Shown piece by piece: positions 10,716 through 23,522 of a DNA stretch of 51,704 nt. Origin of the DNA: Octopus bimaculoides (lineage: Eukaryota). The translations under genes and the position numbers were made by a program. Position 1 is the stretch's first letter. Every line of letters begins with the position of its first letter. A model generated the notes under the pieces. It was not told where the DNA came from. It was given only the letters and a program-made list of their open reading frames with translations, and searched no databases. The DNA is taken from the NCBI RefSeq assembly GCF_001194135.2, contig NC_068982.1, positions 22,665,628 through 22,717,331 of the forward strand. Direction: 5' to 3'.

Positions 10716-11219
10716 GCAAAAAGAAAAAAAGACACCATGACCACCACCGCCGCCGTCAATAAGAACAACAACAACAACAACAACAACATGGCGGCGACGT
10801 AAAGAAAAAGCGATTTACTCTAGACACAATAATTATAAAACGAAGATTAACAAACAAAAAATATAATTGTTTTTATCAGCAATAACAACACTAAAACAAA
10901 CCAAATACACAAACAATTATGCTTTAGAAGAAAACCAAACACACACAATTAAAACGAATAAATAAAATAAAAATAAATAAATAAATAAATAGAAGCAAAA
11001 AAATTGCTTGTAGCAAGAACGACAACATTTACAGCAGAAGCAGCAGCAATAACAACGAAAACAACAATTAGAAAATGAATGCGAAACAGCAATAACAATA
11101 CGCAACACAAGAATTGTTTCTTAAATCGTAGGAAATAACATAGAGTCGAAAGAAAAAGGAGAGGATTTGATGCAGTACAATAACAGCGACTATTAGATGA
11201 GCAGCATTAGTAGGAGGGT

Positions 11220-11612
11220 CAGTCGTGGCTGTGTGGTAAGGAGCTTGCTTCCCAGCCAGATGGTTCAGGGTTCGGTCTTACTGTGTGATATCTTGGGCAA
11301 GTGCTTTTTACTACATTTTTTTTTTGGACCGACCAAAGCCTTGTGAGGGGATATTTGGTAGACGGAAACCGAAAGAAGCCTGACGCATTATTTATGTGTT
11401 TGTAGCTTTGTGTCTGTGTTTGTCTCCCCACCAACACTTGACAACCGGTGTTGGTGTGTTTACGTGACAGTATCTTAGCGGTTTGGCCAAATAGACTGAT
11501 AGAATAAATACCAGGTTTTAAAGAAATAAGACTTGCGGTCGATTCATTCGACTAAATATTCTTCAAAACGAAATCCCAGCATGACCGTAGTCAAATGACT
11601 GAAACAAATAAA
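11220..11612 (+). mobile_element. SINE family B, diverged full-length copy
   Basis: gtggctgtgtggtaag head, cttgggcaagtg, central TG-rich tract, gtcaaatgactgaaacaa end. Confidence 0.85.
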
Positions 11613-11862
11613 TAAATAAATAAATAAATAAATATATATATATATANNNNNNNNNNNNNNNNNNNNNNNNNNNNNNNNNNNNNNNNNNNNNNNNNNNNNN
11701 NNNNNNNNNNNNNNNNNNNNNNNNNNNNNNNNNNNNNNNNNNNNNNNNNNNNNNNNNNNNNNNNNNNNNNNNNNNNNNNNNNNNNNNNNNNNNNNNNNNN
11801 NNNNNNNNNNNNNNNNNNNNNNNNNNNNNNNNNNNNNNNNNNNNNNNNNNNNNNNNNNNNNN

Positions 11863-11895
<33 letters not shown>

Positions 11896-12224
11896 TTCAT
11901 TTGTTTCAGTCATTTATATATATATATATATATATATATAAATATTTATTCGTTTTGCAAGATTGGGGAACAGAATGGGGTAAGTGGAGCAAGAACACAC
12001 ATGGAAACGGAAAGTGTCGCTAAAAGAGGTCACAGATGTGTGACGACAGATTTCCGGACAATGGACAGGTGTTAAAATAACAAGATAACCGTAATAAACG
12101 AGTGAAGAAAAATATATACATATAGGGCGTGTGTTTATTTGGCAAAAAATAAAATAATAAAATGCCCATCCCAAAATACAACAATATATATGTGTGTGTG
12201 TATGTGTGTGTGTGTGTATTTGTG

Positions 12225-12715
12225 TGTGGAAGAGGTAAGTCGACTATATCGACCCTTGTGTGCAAATGATACTCATTTTCTTAACCCTGAATGTAAAGAC
12301 GGACAAAATGCTGCTAACCATTTTGTCCGGTGTGTTGACGATTCATCCAGCTCGCCGCTTTAATAAAAATAATGATAACAAATATCTAATTTAGATGCAA
12401 GGGCATCAGTTTTGAAGGGAAGGTGGAGTAGTCTATATCATCGACCAAGGGACTTGACAAGTAATTTATTTTATCGAACCCAAAATGGTCAAAAGTAAAG
12501 TTGACTTCAGCTGGTTTTGAATTCAGAACCCGAATTTTGGCATATGGCTATTAGTTTCGTGGCTGTGACTAAATCGATTACATCGATCTCCAGTACTCAG
12601 CTGGTACTTATTTTATCAATCCCGAAAGGATGAAAGGCAAAGTCGACCGTGTCGGAATTTGAACTGAGAACGTAAAGACGGACGAAATGCCTCTAAGCAA
12701 TTTATCCGTCTTGCT
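12225..12715 (-). mobile_element. cluster of three partial SINE family A copies
   Basis: Core or head motifs near 12225-12362, 12385-12540 and 12560-12715. Confidence 0.7.
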
Positions 12716-13661
12716 CTGAGTCCTTTCAGCATTGTTTAATACATTGCGTCTTTTGCCGTAGCGACCAGAGAGAAAACAGCGTGTCCTTTATTACAAAATG
12801 AAGGTAGAGGGAAAATGTATACTGGCTTGCATCGAGAAATTCAGTTCTAATGGAGTTGTAGGCGCTCCGTTGTGACATATGGAGTGTCTTTTGTTAAAAA
12901 AACAAAACAAAACATAATGGCATTAATTCCTTTCCTGCTTCCACGGCAGCCGATGTATTCCAGAAAGAAAGAAAGTGATATATATATATAANNNNNNNNN
13001 NNNNNNNNNNNNNNNNNNNNNNNNNNNNNNNNNNNNNNNNNNNNNNNNNNNNNNNNNNNNNNNNNNNNNNNNNNNNNNNNNNNNNNNNNNNNNNNNNNNN
13101 NNNNNNNNNNNNNNNNNNNNNNNNNNNNNNNNNNNNNNNNNNNNNNNNNNNNNNNNNNNNNNNNNNNNNNNNNNNNNNNNNNNNNNNNNNNNNNNNNNNN
13201 NNNNNNNNNNNNNNNNNNNNNNNNNNNNNNNNNNNNNNNNNNNNNNNNNNNNNNNNNNNNNNNNNNNNNNNNNNNNNNNNNNNNNNNNNNNNNNNNNNNN
13301 NNNNNNNNNNNNNNNNNNNNNNNNNNNNNNNNNNNNNNNNNNNNNNNNNNNNNNNNNNNNNNNNNNNNNNNNNNNNNNNNNNNNNNNNNNNNNNNNNNNN
13401 NNNNNNNNNNNNNNNNNNNNNNNNNNNNNNNNNNNNNNNNNNNNNNNNNNNNNNNNNNNNNNNNNNNNNNNNNNNNNNNNNNNNNNNNNNNNNNNNNNNN
13501 NNNNNNNNNNNNNNNNNNNNNNNNNNNNNNNNNNNNNNNNNNNNNNNNNNNNNNNNNNNNNNNNNNNNNNNNNNNNNNNNNNNNNNNNNNNNNNNNNNNA
13601 TATATATATATATATATAGGAATAATAATAATATATATATATATATATATAAGGAGAGAGA

Positions 13662-13707
<46 letters not shown>

Positions 13708-14050
13708 TATATAGAGAGAGAGAGAGAGAGGGAGAGAAGGTGGTAGAATCGGCTCCAGTTTTGAACTTTTATATGTGTATTGACTTCTGAGTGTATGAAA
13801 GGCAAAGTTGAGCTCGGTGAAATTTGAACTCAGATCAGAGTACCAGAATGAATTCTTTGCAATAGCCCCACTAGACAGTAATTTTCGAACACTGAACAAG
13901 TTCGCAGAGTAAAGCTTCGAATCGGCAATGATCCAATAGGAACGTGATGCCAGGAATTTTTGGAAATTCTCCATAGTTATCAGCAGACGGAATTTGTAGG
14001 CGGCATCAATAACGACATCCAGCGTCTCTACAAGCGATAATCATTTTGAC

Positions 14051-14348
14051 CAGTGGTTCTCAACGGAGGTCCATATGGCCCTTGAGGATTCATATAAGGA
14101 TTTTGGAGGCCCACGTAGCAAAATAGTATACTGGAGATCCACAATAGTATTTTAAGAGCCAGGTTTCTTTCTAAAATATTTTACTTTGTTCAATCTACGC
14201 AAGTGAATGTTTGAAAAACAAAACAGGAATTTTGAAAGAAATTTTTATAAAGCTAGTTTTTTAAATATCGAATGGCCATGGGAGTCCACCAGAATAAAAT
14301 AATAATCATAGGGGTCCATAGATTAAAAGAAATGTTTATGAGCCCCTG
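14051..14348. mobile_element. hAT/Charlie-type MITE
   Basis: cagtggttctcaac left end, decayed ...gagcccctg right end, imperfect 8-bp TSD attttgac/atctaggc (5 of 8). Confidence 0.65.
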
Positions 14349-15402
14349 ATCTAGGCCAATCAAGGAATGTCACAGAATATCCAGGAGAACGTCGTCGCAC
14401 ATACCTACCTCTAACTCTGTATATAATGCAAGGTTTGATCTCTTATCGCCAAGCTGAAGCACCGGCTTTCATTGTGATTACGTCTCTTTTCTGAACTCTT
14501 TCTGCTGAAGTAACGAGTCGGACAGAGCTGCTCTTTTTTGTGCATTATGATGTGGTGATGTGGATTCATCTGACTAACTCAAGGTTAAGTGTCGTACAAT
14601 ATTCCAGATGTTTGACGATCAGCGCCTAACGCCCAAACTTAGTTTGCGTCTGGCCCAGATATGCAGTTCCGCCAAAGAAACGATCTACAGAAAGATGTCT
14701 GGTCTGAGAACCAGCTATTCTACCTAACCACCGTCTGGCACTAGCTACATATGTCTCAGTCTGAGATCATCAAGAGTATAACAGTGATGCCGTTTGCTTG
14801 TCTGCACACGAAACCAATACCACTAATTCCAGTTCAAATTTTATCAATGTCAAAAGGATGACGGACATATTCGACTCCGATTTTTAAATCAGAAAATAGA
14901 TGAATAGAACCAAATACGCTGTGATGCTAATAACCAAGTGTAGAGCTCAGTATACATCTGCTTCAGAACGAACGCATTTGTCTCTGCAAATAAACTGCGC
15001 TTCATGTTTGAAGCTCTGATATTGTAAGATGTTACACAGGTACTCAACGATGAGCTCACCTCATCTTATAGCGGAAACAGTTGTAAGTTAATGAAGTCCA
15101 TAGGATAATCGCCTATTCGTTTGTCATCTCTTTTTTTCTTACTCTAAGCACAGACCTAATATATCATCGCCATCATTAATTTCAACGTCTCCACAGTTAC
15201 AACCAGTACCGGCACCAGCACCATCGTTACCATTAACATACATCAACGACATGAACGCGAGCCAGTCCTGGAACCTTTATAAGGTTACCTCAGCACCCAA
15301 GTCTCCTTCAAACCACAGCCTACAGTCTTATAAAAAAGAAACGATGCAAAGATACATTAGATAATACGGCCTGCGTGATCAGTGTTTATCCGAGGCTGAT
15401 GA

Positions 15403-15545
15403 AGAAGAAGAAGTAGAAGAAGAAGAAGAAGAAGAAGAAGAAGAAGAAGAAGAAGAAGAAGAAGAAGAAGAAGAAGAAGAAGAAGAAGAAGAAGAAGAAG
15501 AAGAAGAACAACAACAACAACAACAGCAACGACGACAACACAGCA
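15403..15545. repeat. (GAA)n then (CAA)n microsatellite
   Basis: Direct reading. Confidence 0.97.
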
Positions 15546-15611
15546 TGAACGAAAACGAGGAAAATGCGAATAGCATTCGACCCTAGACAACTTTATTCCG
15601 CTTAGTATGCT

Positions 15612-15663
<52 letters not shown>

Positions 15664-16045
15664 CTTCTCTGTTCCTCACTGCATTTCGCTCTCTTTAATC
15701 AATCAACCTACCTATTTGACTATTTATCTACCTGCCTAACTACTTACCTATCTGCCTGTCTGTCTGTCTGTCTGTCTGTCCATCAGCGTCTGTTTATCTA
15801 CAACTTCAAGTCTCTAAATTTTTTCCTCTTCGTATTTTTAAGATTCTTTACATATTATCATTCCTTCCTTCCTTCCTTCCTTCCTTCCTTCCTTCCTTCT
15901 TTTCTTTCTTTCCTTCTTTCTTTCTTTCTTTCTTTCTTTCCTTCTTTCTTTCCTTCTTTCTTTCTTTCCTTCTTTCTTTCTTTCCTTCTTTCCTTCTTTC
16001 TTTCTTTCTTTCTGTCTTTCTTTCTTTCTTTCTTTCTTTCTCTCC
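15612..16045. repeat. polypyrimidine block (CT)n, (CTGT)n, (CTTC)n, (CTTT)n
   Basis: Direct reading. Confidence 0.95.
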
Positions 16046-16651
16046 ACCCATACGTATATATACGCAAATATACATACGCGTATATATAAATACGNNNNNN
16101 NNNNNNNNNNNNNNNNNNNNNNNNNNNNNNNNNNNNNNNNNNNNNNNNNNNNNNNNNNNNNNNNNNNNNNNNNNNNNNNNNNNNNNNNNNNNNNNNNNNN
16201 NNNNNNNNNNNNNNNNNNNNNNNNNNNNNNNNNNNNNNNNNNNNNNNNNNNNNNNNNNNNNNNNNNNNNNNNNNNNNNNNNNNNNNNNNNNNNNNNNNNN
16301 NNNNNNNNNNNNNNNNNNNNNNNNNNNNNNNNNNNNNNNNNNNNNNNNNNNNNNNNNNNNNNNNNNNNNNNNNNNNNNNNNNNNNNNNNNNNNNNNNNNN
16401 NNNNNNNNNNNNNNNNNNNNNNNNNNNNNNNNNNNNNNNNNNNNNNNNNNNNNNNNNNNNNNNNNNNNNNNNNNNNNNNNNNNNNNNNNNNNNNNNNNNN
16501 NNNNNNNNNNNNNNNNNNNNNNNNNNNNNNNNNNNNNNNNNNNNNNNNNNNNNNNNNNNNNNNNNNNNNNNNNNNNNNNNNNNNNNNNNNNNNNNNNNNN
16601 NNNNNNNNNNNNNNNNNNATATATATGTGTGTATGTATATATGTATATGTA

Positions 16652-16704
<53 letters not shown>

Positions 16705-17329
16705 CTCTCTATATATATATACACATACTCGCACATACACTGACGCACACAAATACACACACACTCACATATAAATATACTTCTATATACATATATATAC
16801 ATCTATATATGTATGCATGTATTTAATTATTCATTGATACAAACATTGCCACTCTCACACACAGAAATATTCCTCCTCCCTCCACCGCCACTGCCAAATA
16901 CAAAACAATGCAACTCAAAAACACAACCTAATAAAACAGTGAAAACAACAGCAACAGAAAGAAAGAAAAAAAAAACCCCACTGCAAATGCAAAAACAACA
17001 ACAACAACAACAACAGCAACAAAATCCTCAATATAACCATAGCACGCTACTCGCTGCAATTAAACCGTTGCCTCAACTGGCAGCATTGGATAGGAGTAAA
17101 ATGAATTGCGTGAAAGGATGGCATGTTTTGACACCTACGATCGTGAGGGGTTTTTATAATGATGGCATTTGCCAAGCACAAAGGTTATGCACAATAACCT
17201 CTCTCCTCTTACTGAACTCACTCTTGTGAACTTGGCTTTCATTTTCGGTTTGATGACTTCGGTTACTATTGCTCTTTGTGCCTGCCTGCCTGCCAGAGTG
17301 GATATGTGTGTATGCACGAGGACGCACGC

Positions 17330-17775
17330 GTGTATGTATGTAAGTATGTATGTATGTATGTATGTATGTATGTATATACGAACGTATGTACGCATGTATA
17401 TGTGTGTGTGTATCTATGAATGTATATGTATATGTATATGTGTTTCTCTGTGTGTTTTATATATCTTTTCGTTTTCATTTTCGTTTTGGTTTTGTTTTTC
17501 TTCTTCTCTTCCTCGCTTCTGTTTTTTTCGTCTTTCTAAAGAAACAGTTATTATTATTATTATTATGATTATTATTATTATTATCATTAATAGTAGTAGT
17601 AGTAGTAGTAGTAGTAGCTGTAGTATTTGTATTGATTTATTAATTTGTGTTTATTTTGCATTATTACCATTATCATTTTTCCTTTTGATTTTTTTTTCCT
17701 TTTCCTTTTATTTTTTCAATTTTTCCATTTTTTCCTCCTTCCTTTCCGTCTTCTTTATCTTAAAAAACTATTATT

Positions 17776-17847
<72 letters not shown>

Positions 17848-18133
17848 GATTTATCTGATTCTTTTTTTTTTTACTTTTCCAAATTTTTTTAATTTCCTAT
17901 TTACCACTCGTCATTTCAGCGATTTGAGAAATTACGAGCCAAAACCACTTTCACTCACTCACTCACTCACTCACTTATTCACGCTCTCTCCCTCTATCCA
18001 TTTTCTCTATCCCTTCTTTCTCACTCCTTCTCTCTCTCTCACTATCTGTCAATATGTCTGCCTGTCTTTCTCTGTCCACCCATCGATCCATGAATCCATC
18101 CATCCATCCATCCATCCATCCATCCATCCATCC

Positions 18134-18181
<48 letters not shown>
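17330..18181. repeat. microsatellite-rich block (TATG, ATT, AGT, CCAT, CTAT)
   Basis: Direct reading. Confidence 0.9.
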
Positions 18182-18183
<2 letters not shown>

Positions 18184-18194
18184 ATTGTATCTTT

Positions 18195-20242
18195 TTTTTC
18201 ATTAAATTTAGAATATATTTTGCTCGGCTACCAGCTTGTGGAGGGAAGCATCTTGCTTTGTCCATCATTCTATAAATCTTAAGGTTTTGCAAATTTCTCG
18301 TGATCATTTGTAGTGTATGAATCACGGATTTTCCTTCTTTCCTCCAAGAATCCAAGTTCAGCCATACTTCGCTTCAGACAGGTTGGTACGTATCCTGTTG
18401 CTCCAATGGTACCAGGCATAAAGCTGAATGTGTATCTTAGGTACTGGATTGGCAAAATCCTTATCAATTGTCCACAGATATCCTCCTTCTCTTGTATTTT
18501 CTAACCACACTGGCGTCCAAACTGCAGCTGATTTCCACAACAGAGCATATCTTTTCCTTTTAGTCCCGCATAACAATGTCTGGCCGGTTGTGTTTTAACT
18601 TGGTGGTTGCTTTAATTTTCAAGCTCCACCTATATTTGCAAACTCCTTATCAATTGTCCACAGATATCCTCCTTCTCTTGTATTTTTCTGACCACATTGG
18701 CGTCCAAACTGCAGCTGATTTCCACAACAGAGCATATCTTTTCCTTTTGGTCCCACATAACAATGTTTGACCGGTTGTGTTTTAACTTGGTGGCTGCTTT
18801 AATTTTCAAGCTGCACCTATATTTGCAAACTCCTTATCTATTGTCCACAGATATCCTCCTTCTCTTGTATTTTTCTGACCACATTGGCGTCCAAACTGCA
18901 GCTGATTTCCACAACAGAGCATATCTTTTCCTTTTAGTCCCACATAACAATGTCTGACCGGTTGTGCTTTAACTTGGTGGCTGCTTTAATTTTCAAGCTC
19001 CACCTATATTTGCAAACTCCTTATCAATTGTCCACAGATATCCTCCTTCTCTTGTATTTTCTAACCACATTGGCGTCCAAACAGCAGCTGATTTCCACAA
19101 CAGAGCATATCTTTTCCTTTTGGTCCCACATAACAATGTCTGGCCGGTTGTGTTTTAACTTGGTGGCTGTTTTAATTTTCAAGCTGCACCTATATTTGCA
19201 AACTCCTTATCAATTGTCCACAGATATCCTCCTTCTCTTGTATTTTCTGACCACATTAGCGTCCAAACAGCAGCTGATTTCCACAACAGAGCATATCTTT
19301 TCCTTTTAGTCTCACATAACAATGTCTGGCCGGTTGTGCTTTAACTTGGTTTTAATTTTCAAGCTCCACCTATAGTCTTTGATATAACTTCATCTGTAGG
19401 TGTTTTATTTCTTTCCTTATCCTGTTCCAGACCATTCTGGCCACTGCATCATGCCTCATGGGAAGGTAATATCTAGAAGCCATTCTCTTGCAGTTGGCAG
19501 TAATATGATTGATGTCTCCAGTCTTGGTCTCGCACAGCCTACATTTCTTGTCTGTTAATTATTTCTGCCTTTTATGATGTAGGCACTTGGTGGGAATCTC
19601 TTGTTCTTGAATTTCATGCCGGTAACCTTCGAAATGAAATATCATAAACTTGTCGATAATTCATGCCAAACTTTTGACATGATCAATTTCTTCTATAGTT
19701 TGTGTTTTTCATGCCAGCCAAGTACCAATGTATTATCTTCTCGGTGAAATGCGCCATTTACTTTTATTTTGTTCTGATGAATAGATCTTATCAATGTTCC
19801 TTAGGGAGAGATGTGTACCAACTCTTGTTTCATACATCTCAGGTTCATTAGCTATCCTAATTATGTTATTGATTTCATGGTCACAAACTTCGGATAAGAT
19901 AGGTGCTGGTCTCTTTCCTCTGCTGCAGATGTTGTTTTGATATCACAATACGTGCTTCATATGACACCAATACAGATTTGAGACCACCATCCTTGCGCGG
20001 GAAGTATAGCCTATCTACATCTTCATTAATGTTGAAGTTTCCTGTAACAGTGAACAGTTTGCGAGTTTGAACATCTATTTTACTGACTACTTGTAGTGAC
20101 CAATTCAGAAAGTCAAACGTAGGCGTGAGGACAAGCACTGCAAAAGCACCGTGGGCAGGGCAATATTCTCTTTATTCTCCTGAGCTATTCATTCCGAGTC
20201 CCCTCTATATCTATGGGCTCATCATACCTGACATTCTCATTA
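18195..20242 (-). mobile_element. 5'-truncated R4/Dong-clade RLE LINE (RT thumb, CCHC, RLE, 3' UTR)
   Basis: VLTPTFDFLNW..DVDRLYFPRKDGG; CRLCETKTGDINHITANC..RHDAVAR; NRPDIVMWD..VEISC; IGATGYVP; stop at 18279. Multiple frameshifts. Confidence 0.9.
18458..19374. repeat. 186-187 bp tandem repeat, about 4.9 copies, of the RLE catalytic core
   Basis: tccttatc unit starts at 18458, 18644, 18831, 19018 and 19204. Confidence 0.95.
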
Positions 20243-20260
20243 TGCATGTATGTATGTATG

Positions 20261-20294
<34 letters not shown>

Positions 20295-20613
20295 GGCGCA
20301 GTAGTGGCTGTGTGGTAAGAGGCTTGCTTACTAACTTCATGGTTCCGGGTTCAGTCCCACTGCGTGGCACCTTGGGCAAGTGTCTTCTACTATAGCCTCG
20401 GGCTGACCAAAGCCTTGTGAGTGGATTTGGCAGACGGAAACTGAAAGAAGCCTGTCGTATATATAAATATGTGTGTGTGTGTGTTTGTGTGTCTGTGTTT
20501 GTCCCCCACCATCGCTTGACAACCGATGTCGGTGTGTTTACGTCCCCGTAACTTAGCGGCTCAGCAAAAGCGACCGATAGAATAAGTACTAGGCTTACAA
20601 AGAATAAGTCCTG
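20295..20613 (+). mobile_element. SINE family B, 3' end missing
   Basis: ggcgcagtagtggctgtgtggtaag head, B-box ggttcagtccc, internal (TA)/(TG)n. Confidence 0.92.
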
Positions 20614-20626
20614 AACACACACACAT

Positions 20627-20669
<43 letters not shown>

Positions 20670-20773
20670 TTGTGTATATGTATATATATGTATATATATA
20701 TATGTATGTATGTGTATACACACAAAAATACATATTTATAATATATAAGTATGCATGATAAATATTTGAAATA

Positions 20774-21676
20774 CGAGGTCTGATCAATGAGTATACGGAC
20801 TGTTGCCATAGTCACGGAGATAAAGCGAGGCTATTCGGCACAGATTGACCTCAACCACTGTTGTGCACGTGCACTAAGTTTTAAAGTTCTAGCTCACTTC
20901 TGCTGTTTACAGCAATGCTTTGAAGTAGCGTGTGTAACGTGTGATCGTCGCATGGACCCTGACAGAGAAAGTTGTCACGACGATACCTGCCCAGAAGTCT
21001 ACACAAAGTTGCAGAAAGTGTATGGAGAATAGTGTATGAGCCGCACACAAGTGCACGAGTGGTTCAGATGTTTCCAAGTTTCCAAGTTTCCAAAAAGTTT
21101 CCAAAAATGTCGATAGTGACGAACGTTTTGGGAGGCATGCAACCAGAAGAACTGAGAAAAACATTGCAGATGTGCGTGTAGCTGAGAGGGGAAATAGTCG
21201 AATCACCATCTGTGAGTTATCAGAGAATATGCAGATTAGTTACGATTCAGTTCAATCCATTATCACTAAAGATTTGGATATGAGACGCGTGTCTGCCAAG
21301 TTTGTGCCAAAATTGCTTTCATCTGACCAAAAATACACTCGGGTTTCAGTTGCACAAAATCTCCTTCATTGTGTCGAGAACGATGAAAACTTTTTGAAAA
21401 CTTTGCGTAGGCCACTGCGTAGGTATCGCCAAGCTTTTCGCAAAATTTTGTTGAAGATTCTCTACTCAACTTTCTCTGTCATGGTCAATGCGGCGAACAC
21501 ACGCTACACACGTTACTTCCAAGCACTGCTGTAAATAGCAGAAGTGAGCTAGAACGTTAAAACGTAATGTTCGTGCATGGAAGTGTTTCAGATCAATCTG
21601 TGCCAAGCGGCTTCACTCTGCGTGCTTTAGCTTCGTTGCTATGGCAACAGTCTAGATACTTATTGATCAGACCACG
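20774..21676 (+). mobile_element. mariner element with truncated transposase and an inverted second left end
   Basis: TA-flanked cgaggtctgatcaat TIRs. HTH region (LQKVYGE..VHEWF..RRVSAKFVPKLL) ends near 21400, followed by an inverted copy of the 5' end. Confidence 0.9.
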
Positions 21677-22093
21677 TATGTTGGACACATGTTGCTTACC
21701 AACATATACATGTATATGAAGATGGTATTATATACATAAGCATTCAGCTGCATTGTGTTTTGATAGCATGGTTAGATGTTATAACGCTTGCTTCATTGTT
21801 TTATAAGGTCAACTTGTAAGAAGACAATAAAGTTGAATTTATTCATTCTAATTGTAATACTGAAGTCATTTTCACTGTGATTTATTACAATTACTCCGGA
21901 GGGAATACATAAATTCTTATAGAGTTATATGTAGAACAAATATTCGCAGTACTTCAGCTAAGGTGTCCTCAAATGAAAAATATATTCAGCGTGTTTGAAA
22001 GCACAGTGTAGTGTTTTACATCTTGTACTTTAGTGATTCAGACGATGAATATATTGCTCTGCAGATGAAACACCAAGTAAAATTGCAAGGAGC

Positions 22094-22097
<4 letters not shown>

Positions 22098-22188
<91 letters not shown>
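22098..22188. repeat. (CA)n microsatellite
   Basis: Direct reading. Confidence 0.97.
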
Positions 22189-22191
<3 letters not shown>

Positions 22192-22501
22192 GAATTGTTT
22201 CAATATTTATGCATTTTCAAAAGTATACGAAAAAGAAATTCTATTTATATAGGATGGAAATGGTAGAAGATACTGGACCTATTCAGGATATAGAATAAAA
22301 AAAACGAAAGCAAACTTACAAAAAAACCTTTAATTGTCGTAAATAAGACTCTGACACAAAATCGGCTTTAAATTAAAGTTAAAGGAAGAGAAAAATAAAA
22401 GCAAGAAAGAAGTATATGAGGGGAGAGAGATGTAGTTAGAGAAAAATATTTCATTATAGTTCAAACTGTACAATAGTCTATAAATATACATATACATATA
22501 T

Positions 22502-22664
22502 GGCGCAGGAGTGGTTGTGTGGTAAGTAGCTTGCTTACCAACCACATGTTCCCGGGTTCATTCCCACTGCGTGGTACCTTGGGCAAGTGTCTTCTACTAT
22601 AGACCCGGGCCGACCAAAGCCTTGTGAATGGATTTGGTAGACGGAAAGAAGTCCGACGTATATG

Positions 22665-22701
<37 letters not shown>

Positions 22702-22895
22702 ATCGCTTAACAACCGATGCTGGTGTGTTTACGTTCCCGGAACTTAGCGGTTCGGCAAAAGAGTCCGATAGAATAAGTACTAAGCTTACAAAGAAAAAGC
22801 TCTGGGGTCGATTTGCTCGACTATGAAGGCGGTGCACCAGCATGGCCGCAGTCAAATGAGTGAAACAAGTAAAAGAGTAAAAAGAGTAAAGAGTA
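22502..22895 (+). mobile_element. SINE family B, full length
   Basis: Complete head, internal microsatellite, core, (GTAAAAGA)n-like tail. Confidence 0.93.
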
Positions 22896-23462
22896 TATGC
22901 AGGAAGACATATAGATACATACACACATACGAGGATCTGCATCATAAATATGTGTGTGTGTGTGTGTGTGTGTGTGTACATTTATATATTTCAGGTAAAA
23001 CTTGAGTAATGGATAAACAATTCCTTGGCATTTCTAACCTCACTAGAAATTAACATAATACTTGATGCCCGCAAAACCCTTATTTCTTTTGAAAACAAAC
23101 TCTGGTGCCATGCCAATCATCATTATCTCTCATAACCTCTCTCTCTCTCATAACCTCTCTCTCTCTCATAACCTCTTTCTCTCTCCCCCACTCTCTCTCC
23201 CTCCCTNNNNNNNNNNNNNNNNNNNNNNNNNNNNNNNNNNNNNNNNNNNNNNNNNNNNNNNNNNNNNNNNNNNNNNNNNNNNNNNNNNNNNNNNNNNNNN
23301 NNNNNNNNNNNNNNNNNNNNNNNNNNNNNNNNNNNNNNNNNNNNNNNNNNNNNNNNNNNNNNNNNNNNNNNNNNNNNNNNNNNNNNNNNNNNNNNNNNNN
23401 NNNNNNNNNNNNNNNNNNNNNNNNNNNNNNNNNNNNNNNNNNNNNNNNNNNNNNNNNNNNNN

Positions 23463-23522
<60 letters not shown>

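Noticed and set aside
13840-14040. Open frames flanking the hAT MITE
   Set aside because: Short, no recognisable motif, no clear splice signals.
18458-19374. CRISPR-like regular array
   Set aside because: Units are contiguous full-length repeats with no unique spacers, encode a LINE endonuclease core, and the context is eukaryotic.
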